Source of the DNA: Bacillota bacterium
GTDB taxonomy: Bacteria; Bacillota; Sulfobacillia; RBS10-35; JAJYVN01
Assembly: GCA_021791995.1 (NCBI GenBank)
Contig: JAJYVN010000001.1
Location: 1 to 48,758, forward strand
Direction of reading: 5' to 3'
DNA: 48,758 bases
Part shown: positions 10,490 to 20,024 of the stretch, in pieces
Layout: every line of letters starts with the position of its first letter
How positions within the stretch are numbered: the first letter of the stretch is position 1
The notes under the pieces: generated by a model
The model's database searches: none
Seen by the model: only the letters and a program-made list of their open reading frames with translations
Told to the model about the DNA's origin: nothing
Made by a program: the position numbers and the translations under genes

Positions 10490-10715
10490 CTCGCAGCCGG
10501 TGGATGCGGGTTGAAGGGTCGACGACGGGGCGGGCTGGGCGTGCTCAGGGCGCGGTCGGTAGTGGCGGGCCCTGGCTCAGGTACTGAAGCACGTGGCGTC
10601 CACCGAGCCCACAGGCACCTTGCGCCCGGTGGCGCAAAGACGCGGTGCCCTGATAGCCCCAACGAACAGGACGCAGCAGGTGGCAAGGCTGTTGGGGCCG
10701 CTCCGGCCCGGGGCT

Positions 10716-10785
10716 GGCCAAGCAGACGGCCACGCAGACGGCCACGCAGACGGCCACGCAGACGGCCACGCAGACGGCCACGCAG
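10716..10785. repeat. 12-bp tandem repeat (GGCCACGCAGAC) x ~6
   Basis: Four exact units at 10728-10775, a variant first unit and a partial last unit. Confidence 0.95.
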
Positions 10786-10891
10786 GGGGGCACTCGTCGG
10801 CCACAGGGTTGTCCAGCGGCTCAAGGATGGAAACTCCAGCCGCGCCAGTCGCGTGGCAACGCCGGACCGCGCCGCCCCGGGGGGTGGGTGG

Positions 10892-11594
10892 ATGAAGCGG
10901 GCACGAGCCTTACCTGCCGCAATCCTGGCCATGCTCCTCATGGCCGCGGGCGGGACGCTGGCCGCGGCGCCCGCCCCGGGCACGCTGCTCAATGCGACGG
11001 ACGCGGTCGGCTTCCCGACCGTGAGGCCGCCGCGACCGCTGCCTGCGGGTTACGCCTTCGCGGTGGAGGATCCGACGACGACGCAGGTGCCGCCGTGGGC
11101 GAGCACGCCGCTCCTCCTCCCCGACGGCGGCAGCGTCGTCGCCCTTGCCGCCGCGCAACCAATGTGCGCGAGCCCGAGAGGAGGTTTGCCCGCCCGTCGC
11201 GTCCGTGCAGCGCTTCCCGCCCGGCGGCGGCCCGCCCGGTTAGTTCGACCTGCCGACCTGGACTTATAACCTGCTGAACAACGTGCCGGCGTGGGCCGGA
11301 GGTGCCATAGCCTTCCTCGAGGTGGCCGACTGGACCGAGGGACCGTACACGCCCACGTTCGGGCCGGTGCTCGTCCGCCTGGCCCCCGACGGGCGCCTTC
11401 TGTCACGCTCGACCCTCGCCCTGCCCAAGATGTTCGCAGGCGTCGCGAGCGGCACGCTCAGCGTGAGCCTCTACCCCTGCCAGGGCGGCCTCCTGCTCCG
11501 GCTCGTGGCGACCCCGGCCGCCGCCGGCGCCTCAAAATGGGCTACAGGGCGGTCTCACCGGAGAACAAAATCGCCGGCCTGCCCCGCTTCGTAG
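10892..11594 (+). pseudogene. Degraded secreted-protein gene
   Basis: Signal peptide MKRARALPAAILAMLLMAAGGTLAA; coding-like sequence continues after an apparent frameshift (~11180) and a TAG (~11241) into the 11283..11594 frame. Confidence 0.4.
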
Positions 11595-12299
11595 CCCTAC
11601 CCGTCTCGCTACCACCGGCGCACGCACGGACCGGTCCTTCGCGAGCGCGGGAACGAGCAAGACCGGGTGCCAGAGCGCCGCTCCGGGGACAGCCTGTCCG
11701 CGAACCGGCGCTCGTGGCGCGCCAGTGCGCGCGATTGGTTCTCGGTGCGGCGGGGCACGCCGGGTGTGCGTACAAGGACCGCGCGTGTAGCCCGCCCAGG
11801 TGTGCTCGCGCGCGTGACCGTGGGGCGTGGGCCCCTCGAAGACCCCGAGTTAGACCACGCTTTCGGCCGCGTGCACCTAGTGGCGCCAGTACTTGCCCTT
11901 GCGGCCCGTGTGCCAGTTGGCCGCGCTGGCATGCACGGCGTCGTCGTGACTGCCTCCATGCCGCGGTGCGCCGCGATTTTCGGCGCGTTCCCAATCGGAG
12001 TGCGCCGGCCGGGCTGCATCTTGAAACATCGGAACGCCGTCCCCTTGCATCGGGGATCATGGCCCGCTCGGTTGGTCGCTTCCTCGACTCGGTAGACAAG
12101 CTCGCGGCTCCGCCGCCGTATGTCTTTGCCAACTGGGATTAGGATTCCACCTCTGAACCAAAAGGTTGGCGTGCCGGTTACGCGAAACCACACACGCTGC
12201 GACGTCCGCGCACTTGGCCGAGGCGGCCGCTACGAACGGGCTCGTCTAGTGTGCAAACACCGTGGTCTGAGACCCTGCTTGGACCAACCACAGGAGGGG

Positions 12300-12983
12300 G
12301 TGAAGAACGTACGAATATTGGTGGTCGAGGACGAGCCCTCGATGCAGCGGGCGTTAAGGCGAGGGCTCGCGAAGTCCGGTTACGCAGTAGATGCAGCGGA
12401 CGATGGCTTGCAGGCCCTGGCGCTCCTTGACGTTCACCCATACGACGCAGTGGTCTTGGACCTCAATCTTCCTCAGCTCGACGGCATCGACACACTTCAG
12501 CGAATGCGCGCTGGCCATCCGGACGTTCGTGTCTTAATCCTGTCTGCACGATCGGATGTCCGCGACAAGGTTGCCGGCCTAGACGCAGGCGCCAGCGACT
12601 TCCTGGAGAAGCCGTTTCACTTCCACGAACTGGACGCCCGCCTGCGCGCGCTCTTGCGCAGGGCGTTTGTCCAGCGTGACAGCTGTCTAGCACACGGCGA
12701 TGTTCGGCTCGATTCACGACTGAGACGCGTAACCGCGAGTGGACAGCCTGTGCACTTGACGAACAAAGAGTACGCCATCCTCGAATACCTATTGACCAAT
12801 GCCGGAAGGATTGTGAGCGCTGAGGAACTGATCGATCATATTTGGAGCGGCGATACGGCTCTGTTCTCCAATTCCCTCAAGGTTCACGTGAGCACCTTGA
12901 ATAGAAAGATGGCAGGCGCTACCGCCGACCACTTCGCGATCAAAAATCTTCGCGGGGCTGGCTACTTCATTGCGAGGGAATAG
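12300..12983 (+). CDS. OmpR/PhoB-family response regulator
   Basis: RILVVEDE, VVLDLNLPQLDG, DFLEKPF; winged helix LTNKEYAILEYL...LRGAGY; exact start uncertain. Confidence 0.9.
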   Translation: MKNVRILVVEDEPSMQRALRRGLAKSGYAVDAADDGLQALALLDVHPYDAVVLDLNLPQLDGIDTLQRMRAGHPDVRVLILSARSDVRDKVAGLDAGASDFLEKPFHFHELDARLRALLRRAFVQRDSCLAHGDVRLDSRLRRVTASGQPVHLTNKEYAILEYLLTNAGRIVSAEELIDHIWSGDTALFSNSLKVHVSTLNRKMAGATADHFAIKNLRGAGYFIARE

Positions 12984-12991
12984 AGGTTGCG

Positions 12992-14059
12992 ATGATTCCT
13001 TTGCGGCTACGCGTGTCCCTGTTCGCCGCCCTCGGGCTCGCAATGGCGGGCCTCCTCGTGGCAGCCTTCTTTGCGGCTACGACCGTCCACTTTCCTGCTT
13101 CGAGTGCTCATGTCCCAGGCGGAGCGAGGCACTCCGTCGTCGCCGTGAACCGTTACATATCACTCACCACGGTCACGTTGGGGTACGTGCTGATCATGCT
13201 TGCTGTAGGAGCCTGTGCGTCCTATCTCATTGCGGTCTTCGCCCTAAAGCCGGTGTCGGCCCTAGCGGCGGCCGTAGAGGCAATTGACGAGCATAACCTG
13301 TCTGCGCGCGTGCGTGTGTCGGAAGTAGGTGACGAGGTTTCTCGCCTGGGCCGTTCGTTCAACGACATGATGGCCAGGGTGGAACAGTCATTCGAGCGCC
13401 AGCGGCTCTTTGCGGTCAATGCTGCGCACGAGCTCAAGACGCCGCTCGCCGCCATCATTGCAAACCTCGAGGTGTTGCGAGTCGGTGACCGCCCAACCAT
13501 TGCGGAGTACGAAGCCGCTCTCGACGATGTCATGGCCGATGCCCATCGACTGGCTCGTCTGATCCAGGATCTGCTTGACCTGCAGAAAAGCCTGGAAAAG
13601 GACCAGTATGAGCACATCGGAGCAAGCGACCTGGTAGGCGAGGTCATCGCTTCCCTGGTGGATATCGCGGCGGCCAAGAACGTGTGCGTCGAAGAGCACC
13701 TTTCCGATGCCATCGTCGACGGCGACAGGGAGCTGTTGCGTCGAGTGTTCTTTAACCTCGTGGAAAACGCCGTTAAGTACAACAAGGACGGTGGCCGAGT
13801 GGACATCGAGGGGATCGGCGACGACACGCAGACCGTGGTCCGAATTCGTGACACCGGAATGGGCATACCCGAGGCGGACCTTGAGAAGGTTTTCCAGCCG
13901 CTTTACCGTGTGGAGCCGTCGCGGTCACGAGAGATGGGAGGTAGTGGGCTGGGGCTCGCCATAGCCAAGTCCATTGTTGAGCGTCATGGCGGGCGGATCT
14001 CGATGGAGAGCCGTCTTGGTCGTGGCTCCGAGGTAACGGTCACCCTGCCGCGATCTTGA
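12992..14059 (+). CDS. HAMP-domain sensor histidine kinase
   Basis: Two TM segments; H-box AAHELKTPL, N-box NLVENAVKYN, DTGMGI, GSGLGL. Confidence 0.93.
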   Translation: MIPLRLRVSLFAALGLAMAGLLVAAFFAATTVHFPASSAHVPGGARHSVVAVNRYISLTTVTLGYVLIMLAVGACASYLIAVFALKPVSALAAAVEAIDEHNLSARVRVSEVGDEVSRLGRSFNDMMARVEQSFERQRLFAVNAAHELKTPLAAIIANLEVLRVGDRPTIAEYEAALDDVMADAHRLARLIQDLLDLQKSLEKDQYEHIGASDLVGEVIASLVDIAAAKNVCVEEHLSDAIVDGDRELLRRVFFNLVENAVKYNKDGGRVDIEGIGDDTQTVVRIRDTGMGIPEADLEKVFQPLYRVEPSRSREMGGSGLGLAIAKSIVERHGGRISMESRLGRGSEVTVTLPRS

Positions 14060-14354
14060 CCGGTGCCTAACCTTCGCGTCGACGACACGCCGCAAGGGCG
14101 ATGCACAAAAAGCCGAAGGGCGCGCAGACTCCCGTTTGACACCCCACTCCCGGACAGCCAAGCGGCCGTAGGCGCACGGCCCGCGGCCGACTTGTAACCA
14201 CTACGCCCGTCCCTTCCTCGTCAGGGTTTCAGGCGGTGTTGTGCGCTGCAACCGACTCGACCCCGCCACCCCCGATCTCCAGGTCATGTATCGGGACCCA
14301 TCGAGCAACAGGGGTATCGCATCGGGTACCTCCACCGATGCCGCGCCCCGCCCC

Positions 14355-14894
14355 TCATTCGCCGATCGGTTTGTACACGAGAAGCACGACGCCACTCCGA
14401 AGCGGCCTCGCCTCGGCGAGGCTCAATCGGGGGGCGCCTTCGAGTTCCTCGAACATATGCCGGCCTTTGCCAACCGCCACCGGCGTCAACAGGACATGGA
14501 TCTCATCGATGAGCCCGTGCGCCATGAGGGTCACATCGAGCGATCCGTTTCCGTACTTCACGAGATTTCGGTCATGTCTAACCTTTAGGTCGGCCACGAA
14601 GGGCGCGACCTCTCCCCCAATGACCGTGGCATTCCAGCCGGCAGAAGGCAGAGTTCGGGAAGCGACATACTTGGGGATGGCGTTCATGCGGTCCACGAAG
14701 GGACGCGGCTGCATCGCCGGATACGCGGCTGAGAGGCCCTCGTAGGTTCGCCGTCCCAACAGAAGCGCGTCGGCGGCAAGCACGCGCTCGGTGACGTAGG
14801 CGACATGCTCGTCATCCAAATATGGGAAAGCCCAGTCCACGGGGTCGATCTGCCCGCCCACACTGACATGCGTGATCTCGATCAACTTGCCCAC
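14355..14894 (-). CDS. Dihydrofolate reductase-like (RibD C-terminal) family protein
   Basis: ALLLGRRTYE, PKYVASRTL, GLIDEI..P...GKG motifs. Confidence 0.85.
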   Translation of the reverse strand: MGKLIEITHVSVGGQIDPVDWAFPYLDDEHVAYVTERVLAADALLLGRRTYEGLSAAYPAMQPRPFVDRMNAIPKYVASRTLPSAGWNATVIGGEVAPFVADLKVRHDRNLVKYGNGSLDVTLMAHGLIDEIHVLLTPVAVGKGRHMFEELEGAPRLSLAEARPLRSGVVLLVYKPIGE

Positions 14895-15122
14895 TTGCGT
14901 CGCTCCTTTACGCGTTCGGTGAAGTGCCTTGTGCTGGGAGCCGGGTGGTGAACAAGAGCAGCGTGTCTTCGATGGTTGCCAGCCACCAAAACAGTACGTT
15001 GGCGAATGCTACTCGTCGAATCCCTCGGCTCGGTGAGATCGCGGAGCGGCGTTCATCGTAACGTGCTCTGTGCCCACGCCGCTTCTTCAAACTTGTACAG
15101 GCCGCGTCTGGTGGTAGGCGCG

Positions 15123-15905
15123 CTACATGGCGCTACCCGAGAGCGTGGTGCTGTCCGGCTTCGCAGCGAGCGTCTCGAGCACCCGCGGCGGGACGCGCAT
15201 GCCGACGGCCGCAAACGCCTCGTGCGCTCGACCGACCAGTGGCGTGCGCATCACGTATCGACCCCGCCTGGAGACGACCTCGCCCACCCCGGGGGGCCGC
15301 AGATCTTCCATCACGGCGTGGTAGTCCTTCTCGCTCAGGACCCCGGCGGTGCCGAGTGCCTGCCGGATCGCCATCTCCAGCACGTAGGCCAGGAAGCACA
15401 CCGCGACGTGCGCCCGGATCCGCCGGTCGACGTAGTGGTAGACCGGCCGCATCTCGAACGGCCCCTTGAGCTCGCGAAAGGCCCGCTCCACCCGGTACAG
15501 CTGGCGGTACGCCTTGGCGATCTCGGGCCCGGTGAGCGCGGTGTTCGCCCGCAGCACGTACTTGCCATCGTAGCGGCGGTGGCGCTCGATCGCCTCGCGG
15601 TTGAGCCGCACCGCCTCGCCGGTCAGGCGCACGTACGGCCGGTAGAGGGAGTTGCGAAGAAGGCTCGAGCCCGAGGGGTTCTTCTTCAACGTCGCCTTGA
15701 GCCGGGCCACGATCTCCCGCCAGCGCTCGCGGTCGTGGATCTCCTCCTCGGGGTTGTGCACGACGACGTAGGCCTCGTCGCCGATCGTGAGCTCCTTCAC
15801 CCGGATACCGAGGTCCTCGACCTCCTGCCAGCTGTCGCCCCGGTAGGACAGCGCAGCCTCGGGCTTGGCCGTCAGGCGCGACCCGACGACGTACTCGATC
15901 TTCGG
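15123..15905 (-). pseudogene. IS1634-family transposase, 5'-truncated remnant
   Basis: YDGKYVL, YRQLYRVERAFRELK, RPVYH...RIRAHVAVCFLA; similar to the C-half of 20025..21689; N-terminal half missing. Confidence 0.85.
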
Positions 15906-16052
15906 CCACGTCGTGACGCATGACGCAGGTGGCAGACAAGGGGCTGGAGAGCAATCGCTCACCCCCGCGCGCAAGCGCTGCACCCGCCTGTCTGCGACTC
16001 GGCGACATCACGGACACGACTGGGCGAAGGACGGCGGCGCCTCCGCGGGTTC

Positions 16053-16433
16053 TCAGTCGTGCGACCGGACAAGGGTCTTCCTGCGCAAGCGAAGGGCGCT
16101 CCAGGTGGCATCCACGGACACGTTGCTGACCACCCGGAAGGTGGTCTCGTCGGCGATCATCCGTGCGATGACGTCGCGGTTCAGCTCGGAGGCCACACCC
16201 GAGGCCTGCTTGGGGTAGGTGACCCAGAACACAGGGTCGCCCGCCGCCTTGCCGAACAGCGCAGGCACCGCCGCGCGCAGCTCGGCCGCACTCGTCACGA
16301 ACACCTGCACGAAGTTGAGCGGCGCGTCCTGGGAGCCGGGCGCCTCGACCTCGAGGTCGTATCCGGGAGGCGGGTTGACGACGAGGGCGGGCCCGCCCCT
16401 GTAGCCGAGTTTGCGGACGAGATCTGCTGCCAC
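16053..16433 (-). CDS. DUF3052-like hypothetical protein
   Basis: GGAGGT RBS; KLG..., FWVTYPKQASG...LNRD, VSVDATWSALR. Confidence 0.7.
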   Translation of the reverse strand: MAADLVRKLGYRGGPALVVNPPPGYDLEVEAPGSQDAPLNFVQVFVTSAAELRAAVPALFGKAAGDPVFWVTYPKQASGVASELNRDVIARMIADETTFRVVSNVSVDATWSALRLRRKTLVRSHD

Positions 16434-16650
16434 CCCACTACCTCCCACTCCCACGCGGTAGTCGTCTCTTGCCGTGCGGCGTCTGTCACACAGCGCGGGC
16501 CATCGGGCCTAGCCGTCCCGCGCCCGGTCCGGCACGTTCCACCGACAGCGGTATACGTCCACAGCACCGGGTATCCCTTCATTGCGTCCAAATGCCGTTC
16601 TTCGGGGCGTCACGCACCGACGCTCCTCTTTTGCAGTCTCGACAAACAAG

Positions 16651-16766
16651 AGGAGGGGGTTCTGCGACACGGGCGCCCGCCTGGACACAGGGGCCGACGA
16701 CTTCCTGGAAAAGCCGTTCCATTGTCGTGGCGCTCACCCTGCCACGATCTTAACCGTCGTCTAACC
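16651..16766 (+). pseudogene. Collapsed remnant of a paralogous response regulator/kinase pair
   Basis: AGGAGGGGG RBS, LDTGADDFLEKPFH (cf. 12579-12620) and LTLPRS* (cf. kinase end 14039-14059) within ~115 bp. Confidence 0.7.
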
Positions 16767-16840
16767 GGCCGGTCGGTATTGTCGTGTCACAACCGGGCTG
16801 GTCGAGGTTACACCCAGGGAGAGAGACGAGGTGTGGTCGC

Positions 16841-18385
16841 GTGAGCGTTGGCGGCGGGCACAACGGGGAACGCTTTGTGGCCTTGGTGTATGCCGAGACA
16901 AGACGGCTCTTCAGAACCCGCGGTGTGGTTGCGAGCCTTGTCATTGCCGTCGCTTTGATCCTACTGCCCGGGGTGCTCCTCGCCGGCCTTCTGGCGCTCC
17001 AGGGTCCCAGCGGACCCCTGAGTGGGCAAGTCGTGTTGGGACCCAACGGGGAAGCGGTCAAGGATGAGTTTATGTTCGTGCATCGCCCGCTGGTGGGCGA
17101 TGGAACGATTACTGCACGGGTTGCCTCCGTGAGCGGATTGATCACTTACCCGCCCCCTTTGAACGACCGCATCGTGGCCGGGGTCGTGCCATGGGCGAAG
17201 GCGGGGATCATCATGAAGAGTGGCCTGACTCCGGGAGCGCGCTACGTTGCGATGATGGTCACCGGAAGCCACGGCGTTCGACTGCAGTACAACTTCACGG
17301 GCGACGTTGCCGGTCTCGCCCCCAACGCATCCCGCGAATCGCCGATATGGTTGCGGCTTACACGGTCCGGCGACACATTCACCGGCTACGATTCAACAAC
17401 GGGCAGGCGGTGGACGCGCGTGGCCACCGTTCATGTCGGGCCGATGCCAGATACGGTTCAGGTGGGGCTGTTTGTCACGTCCCCGCACGATCTCACAGTG
17501 TCGGAGGGGGCAAGTCGCTTCACGAGCGCTACAGCCGTGTTCGGCCGCATTGAGCTCAGCGGCAAGATCAACGGCCGCTGGGCCTCGGTAGACCTTGGTG
17601 CGCCCAAGGGCCTACCGAGACACTTGCAGGGGCGCGCCGTAGAGGTCCGCGGTCGGTTCTCCGTCACTGGCTCGGGGGACATTGCGCCGCTCGGGCTCGG
17701 ATCTGGGTGGCCCATCGAGCGCAGTCTCATGGGGACGTTTGCCGGAATCATCGCGATCATCGCGGCGGCCACGGCATATGCCGCGGACGAAACCCACAAG
17801 AGGGAGGGTTCTGGGGGCCTGTCGGGGCGATTCGCGCGAGTCAAAGCACTCGCGGCGCAGAGCCTCACCATCGCGGCTGCAGGCTTCGTCGTCGGCGGTA
17901 TAGGGGCCATCCTAGCGGTTCCGCTGGGTGCAGCTCTGCTCAGTTCCAGCGGCAACACGGTGCTACCGGTCCCTCCGGCGACCGAACTACGCGTAATCCT
18001 CGGCACCGCTCTGTTGATGGCTTGGGCGAGTGCGTTCGCTCTGGGGCTGGCTTGGTGGACGCGCCGTCGCGTCGCCGCCCAGGTGGCTGGCCTCTCGTTG
18101 GTCGTCGTCCCGTACGTCCTGGCACGGATCGGCGCCGTGCCGCTCGGCGTATCCCGGTGGTTGCTGCGTGTCACGCCGGCCGCCGGGTTTGCGATTCAGC
18201 AGAGTCTGCCGGCCTACACTCAGGCGTTGGGCCCTAAGACGCCGCAACTTGGTTACTACCCATTGACGCCGTGGACCGGTCTTGCGGTAGCTGGTGCGTA
18301 CGGGGTGGCAGTGCTGGGCCTGGCCGCCGCGCTCGCATACCGCGCCGACCCCCACGCTGATGGCAGTCCTGTAGCAGCACGGTAG
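16841..18385 (+). CDS. ABC-transporter permease-like protein with inserted ConA-like/DUF1349-type extracellular domain
   Basis: N-terminal TM, soluble WAKAGII...WLRLTRSGDTFTGY domain, ~5 C-terminal TM segments; no ATPase gene adjacent. Confidence 0.7.
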   Translation: MSVGGGHNGERFVALVYAETRRLFRTRGVVASLVIAVALILLPGVLLAGLLALQGPSGPLSGQVVLGPNGEAVKDEFMFVHRPLVGDGTITARVASVSGLITYPPPLNDRIVAGVVPWAKAGIIMKSGLTPGARYVAMMVTGSHGVRLQYNFTGDVAGLAPNASRESPIWLRLTRSGDTFTGYDSTTGRRWTRVATVHVGPMPDTVQVGLFVTSPHDLTVSEGASRFTSATAVFGRIELSGKINGRWASVDLGAPKGLPRHLQGRAVEVRGRFSVTGSGDIAPLGLGSGWPIERSLMGTFAGIIAIIAAATAYAADETHKREGSGGLSGRFARVKALAAQSLTIAAAGFVVGGIGAILAVPLGAALLSSSGNTVLPVPPATELRVILGTALLMAWASAFALGLAWWTRRRVAAQVAGLSLVVVPYVLARIGAVPLGVSRWLLRVTPAAGFAIQQSLPAYTQALGPKTPQLGYYPLTPWTGLAVAGAYGVAVLGLAAALAYRADPHADGSPVAAR

Positions 18386-19038
18386 GCTCATGGGTTTTCC
18401 ATCACAAACGAGGGAGCCCCGATGAGTCGACGCCTCTGGCTCTGGACGACTAGGCCTCCTTGCTCTGGCACTGGCATCGCTTGGACACTGGTCCATGGAA
18501 GTCCTTGAGGGCCGGCCCGGCGCGGCCAGGCGCGACACTGCCAGGCGCGAGACTGCGGGGGCGGACGCCGGACCGCCACGGAACGATGCGGTCGCGTTGG
18601 CTGTCGTCGGTAATGTGGTTCACGTTCACTCAGTCAAGGGCACTGCTCACGCACTCGAAGTTCGGCGCCACGGTGGTCTTAACTCAGCTTCCGCATGTGG
18701 GAGTAAGTCGATCGGCGTGAATTGCGGCGGGCGGAGACATGTCGTCGACGTCGGTGCCGAGTGCCTCAAGAGTGCAGGCGCTGTGGAGCAGGACGGCGGT
18801 CCGTTGAGACCATTCCTGACCATGGTGACGGACCTTGGGAAGCAGATTGGTGCGAGGGCCTCAATAATGACGCGGTCGGATGGGGCGGGGAGGACCGCTT
18901 GTCCGGGAGAACGAGCAGCTTCTGGTCCTTCAGGGCGGTGCGCACGCTATCGCACGTCGACGGCGCCGCAGTGCTGGTCATCCGTTGGCCTGCACAAGCT
19001 GATCCTCGGTATACCTTACCGTCAGAACAGGGGGCAAA

Positions 19039-19609
19039 TTGTCTGTACAGTTCAGTCCTTGAACTCCTCATATTCAGCATTCCGTCCGTTGTATATGTTC
19101 GGAGGTTACAGAATCGGGGCAAGAGCCGCCGCGAGGCTTGGGCCGCTGTTGGGTGGCAACCGGGCCCCCTAACGGGATACTGGATCGCTATCGGTGTCCT
19201 AATAGCCCTCACGCCGATCATCTATCTCGCCACGCGGTCTATACCTGTCGCGATCCTATATAGTCCTCATGTCGTCATCAGCGAAAGCGCGACCGGGTCC
19301 GGTATCGTTGCGAGCAGCTTGCTGGCACTGGCCGAAGAAGTATTGTTCCGCGGGCTCATAGCCGGCAGGTTGCTTGACCGATACGGATTTATGGTCGGCA
19401 ACGGTCTTCAGGCTCTAATATTTCTGGCTCCACATCTCCTGCTGCTACTCGTCAGCATTACATTCTGGCCTCTCGCGCTAGTGCAGTTCATAGCTGGATG
19501 GCTGCTGGGGGCGGTACGTTATAAGTCAGGTAGTATCTTGCCAGGTTGGTTGGCGCACGCTGGTGCGAACGTATTGGCTCCGCTCCTGTTTGCGCTGCTT
19601 GTGAAATAA
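19039..19609 (+). CDS. CPBP/Abi (CAAX protease-like) intramembrane metalloprotease; 5' end possibly frameshifted
   Basis: EEVLFRG, FLAPH, HAGAN motifs; the RBS-linked TTG at 19039 is one base out of frame with the body of the gene. Confidence 0.75.
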
Positions 19610-19986
19610 CTCAGCCTCCCCGCGTCATCTTTACTTGGCTCTCGGCCCAATTCCGCCACAGTCCCGGGGGGTGCCTACGTATCCCGCCCCTTCGTCGGTG
19701 GGCTGGCCTTCGCCGTCGGGCGGCTTGGTTGGTACAGGCGCTCGGATCGGCGGTGGCGGCGCAGCTTGCGGTGATGTCCGATCGCGAGATGACCGCGTAC
19801 TACCGACGCGTTGCTTCCGGACGACCACGTGGTGTTCAAGGCTCGGGAGCCCGACCCGAGTTCGACAGTTGCGACCCCTCTGGCGCTCACGGCCGGAGGG
19901 GTCGATCGCGTAGTGGCGCGGTTTCTGGGGTCTCACGTAGGCACGAACGCCCGAAAACTGTAGGCACACGCCTATGGCACGTACGG

Positions 19987-20015
19987 TTGACTGTTAAACG
20001 GAAGTTCACGATAAT
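19987..20015 (+). promoter_or_regulatory. Sigma-70-type transposase promoter
   Basis: TTGACT-17 bp-GATAAT, ending 9 bp before the ATG at 20025. Confidence 0.55.
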
Positions 20016-20024
20016 GTAGGCAAG

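Noticed and set aside
10716..10785. Possible CRISPR array
   Set aside because: Units are 12 bp and contiguous, with no spacers and no cas genes
11595..12290. Several overlapping ORFs
   Set aside because: Arg/Pro-rich, no RBS or recognisable family; likely decayed DNA
15085..15100. Possible right IR of the truncated IS1634
   Set aside because: No matching left IR or target duplication to confirm it
19700..19850. Possible IS110 transposase C-terminal remnant (LRRRAAWL...AAQLAV..D.EM.AYYRR)
   Set aside because: Short, weak resemblance with no other IS110 motif or ends; cannot be supported without a search
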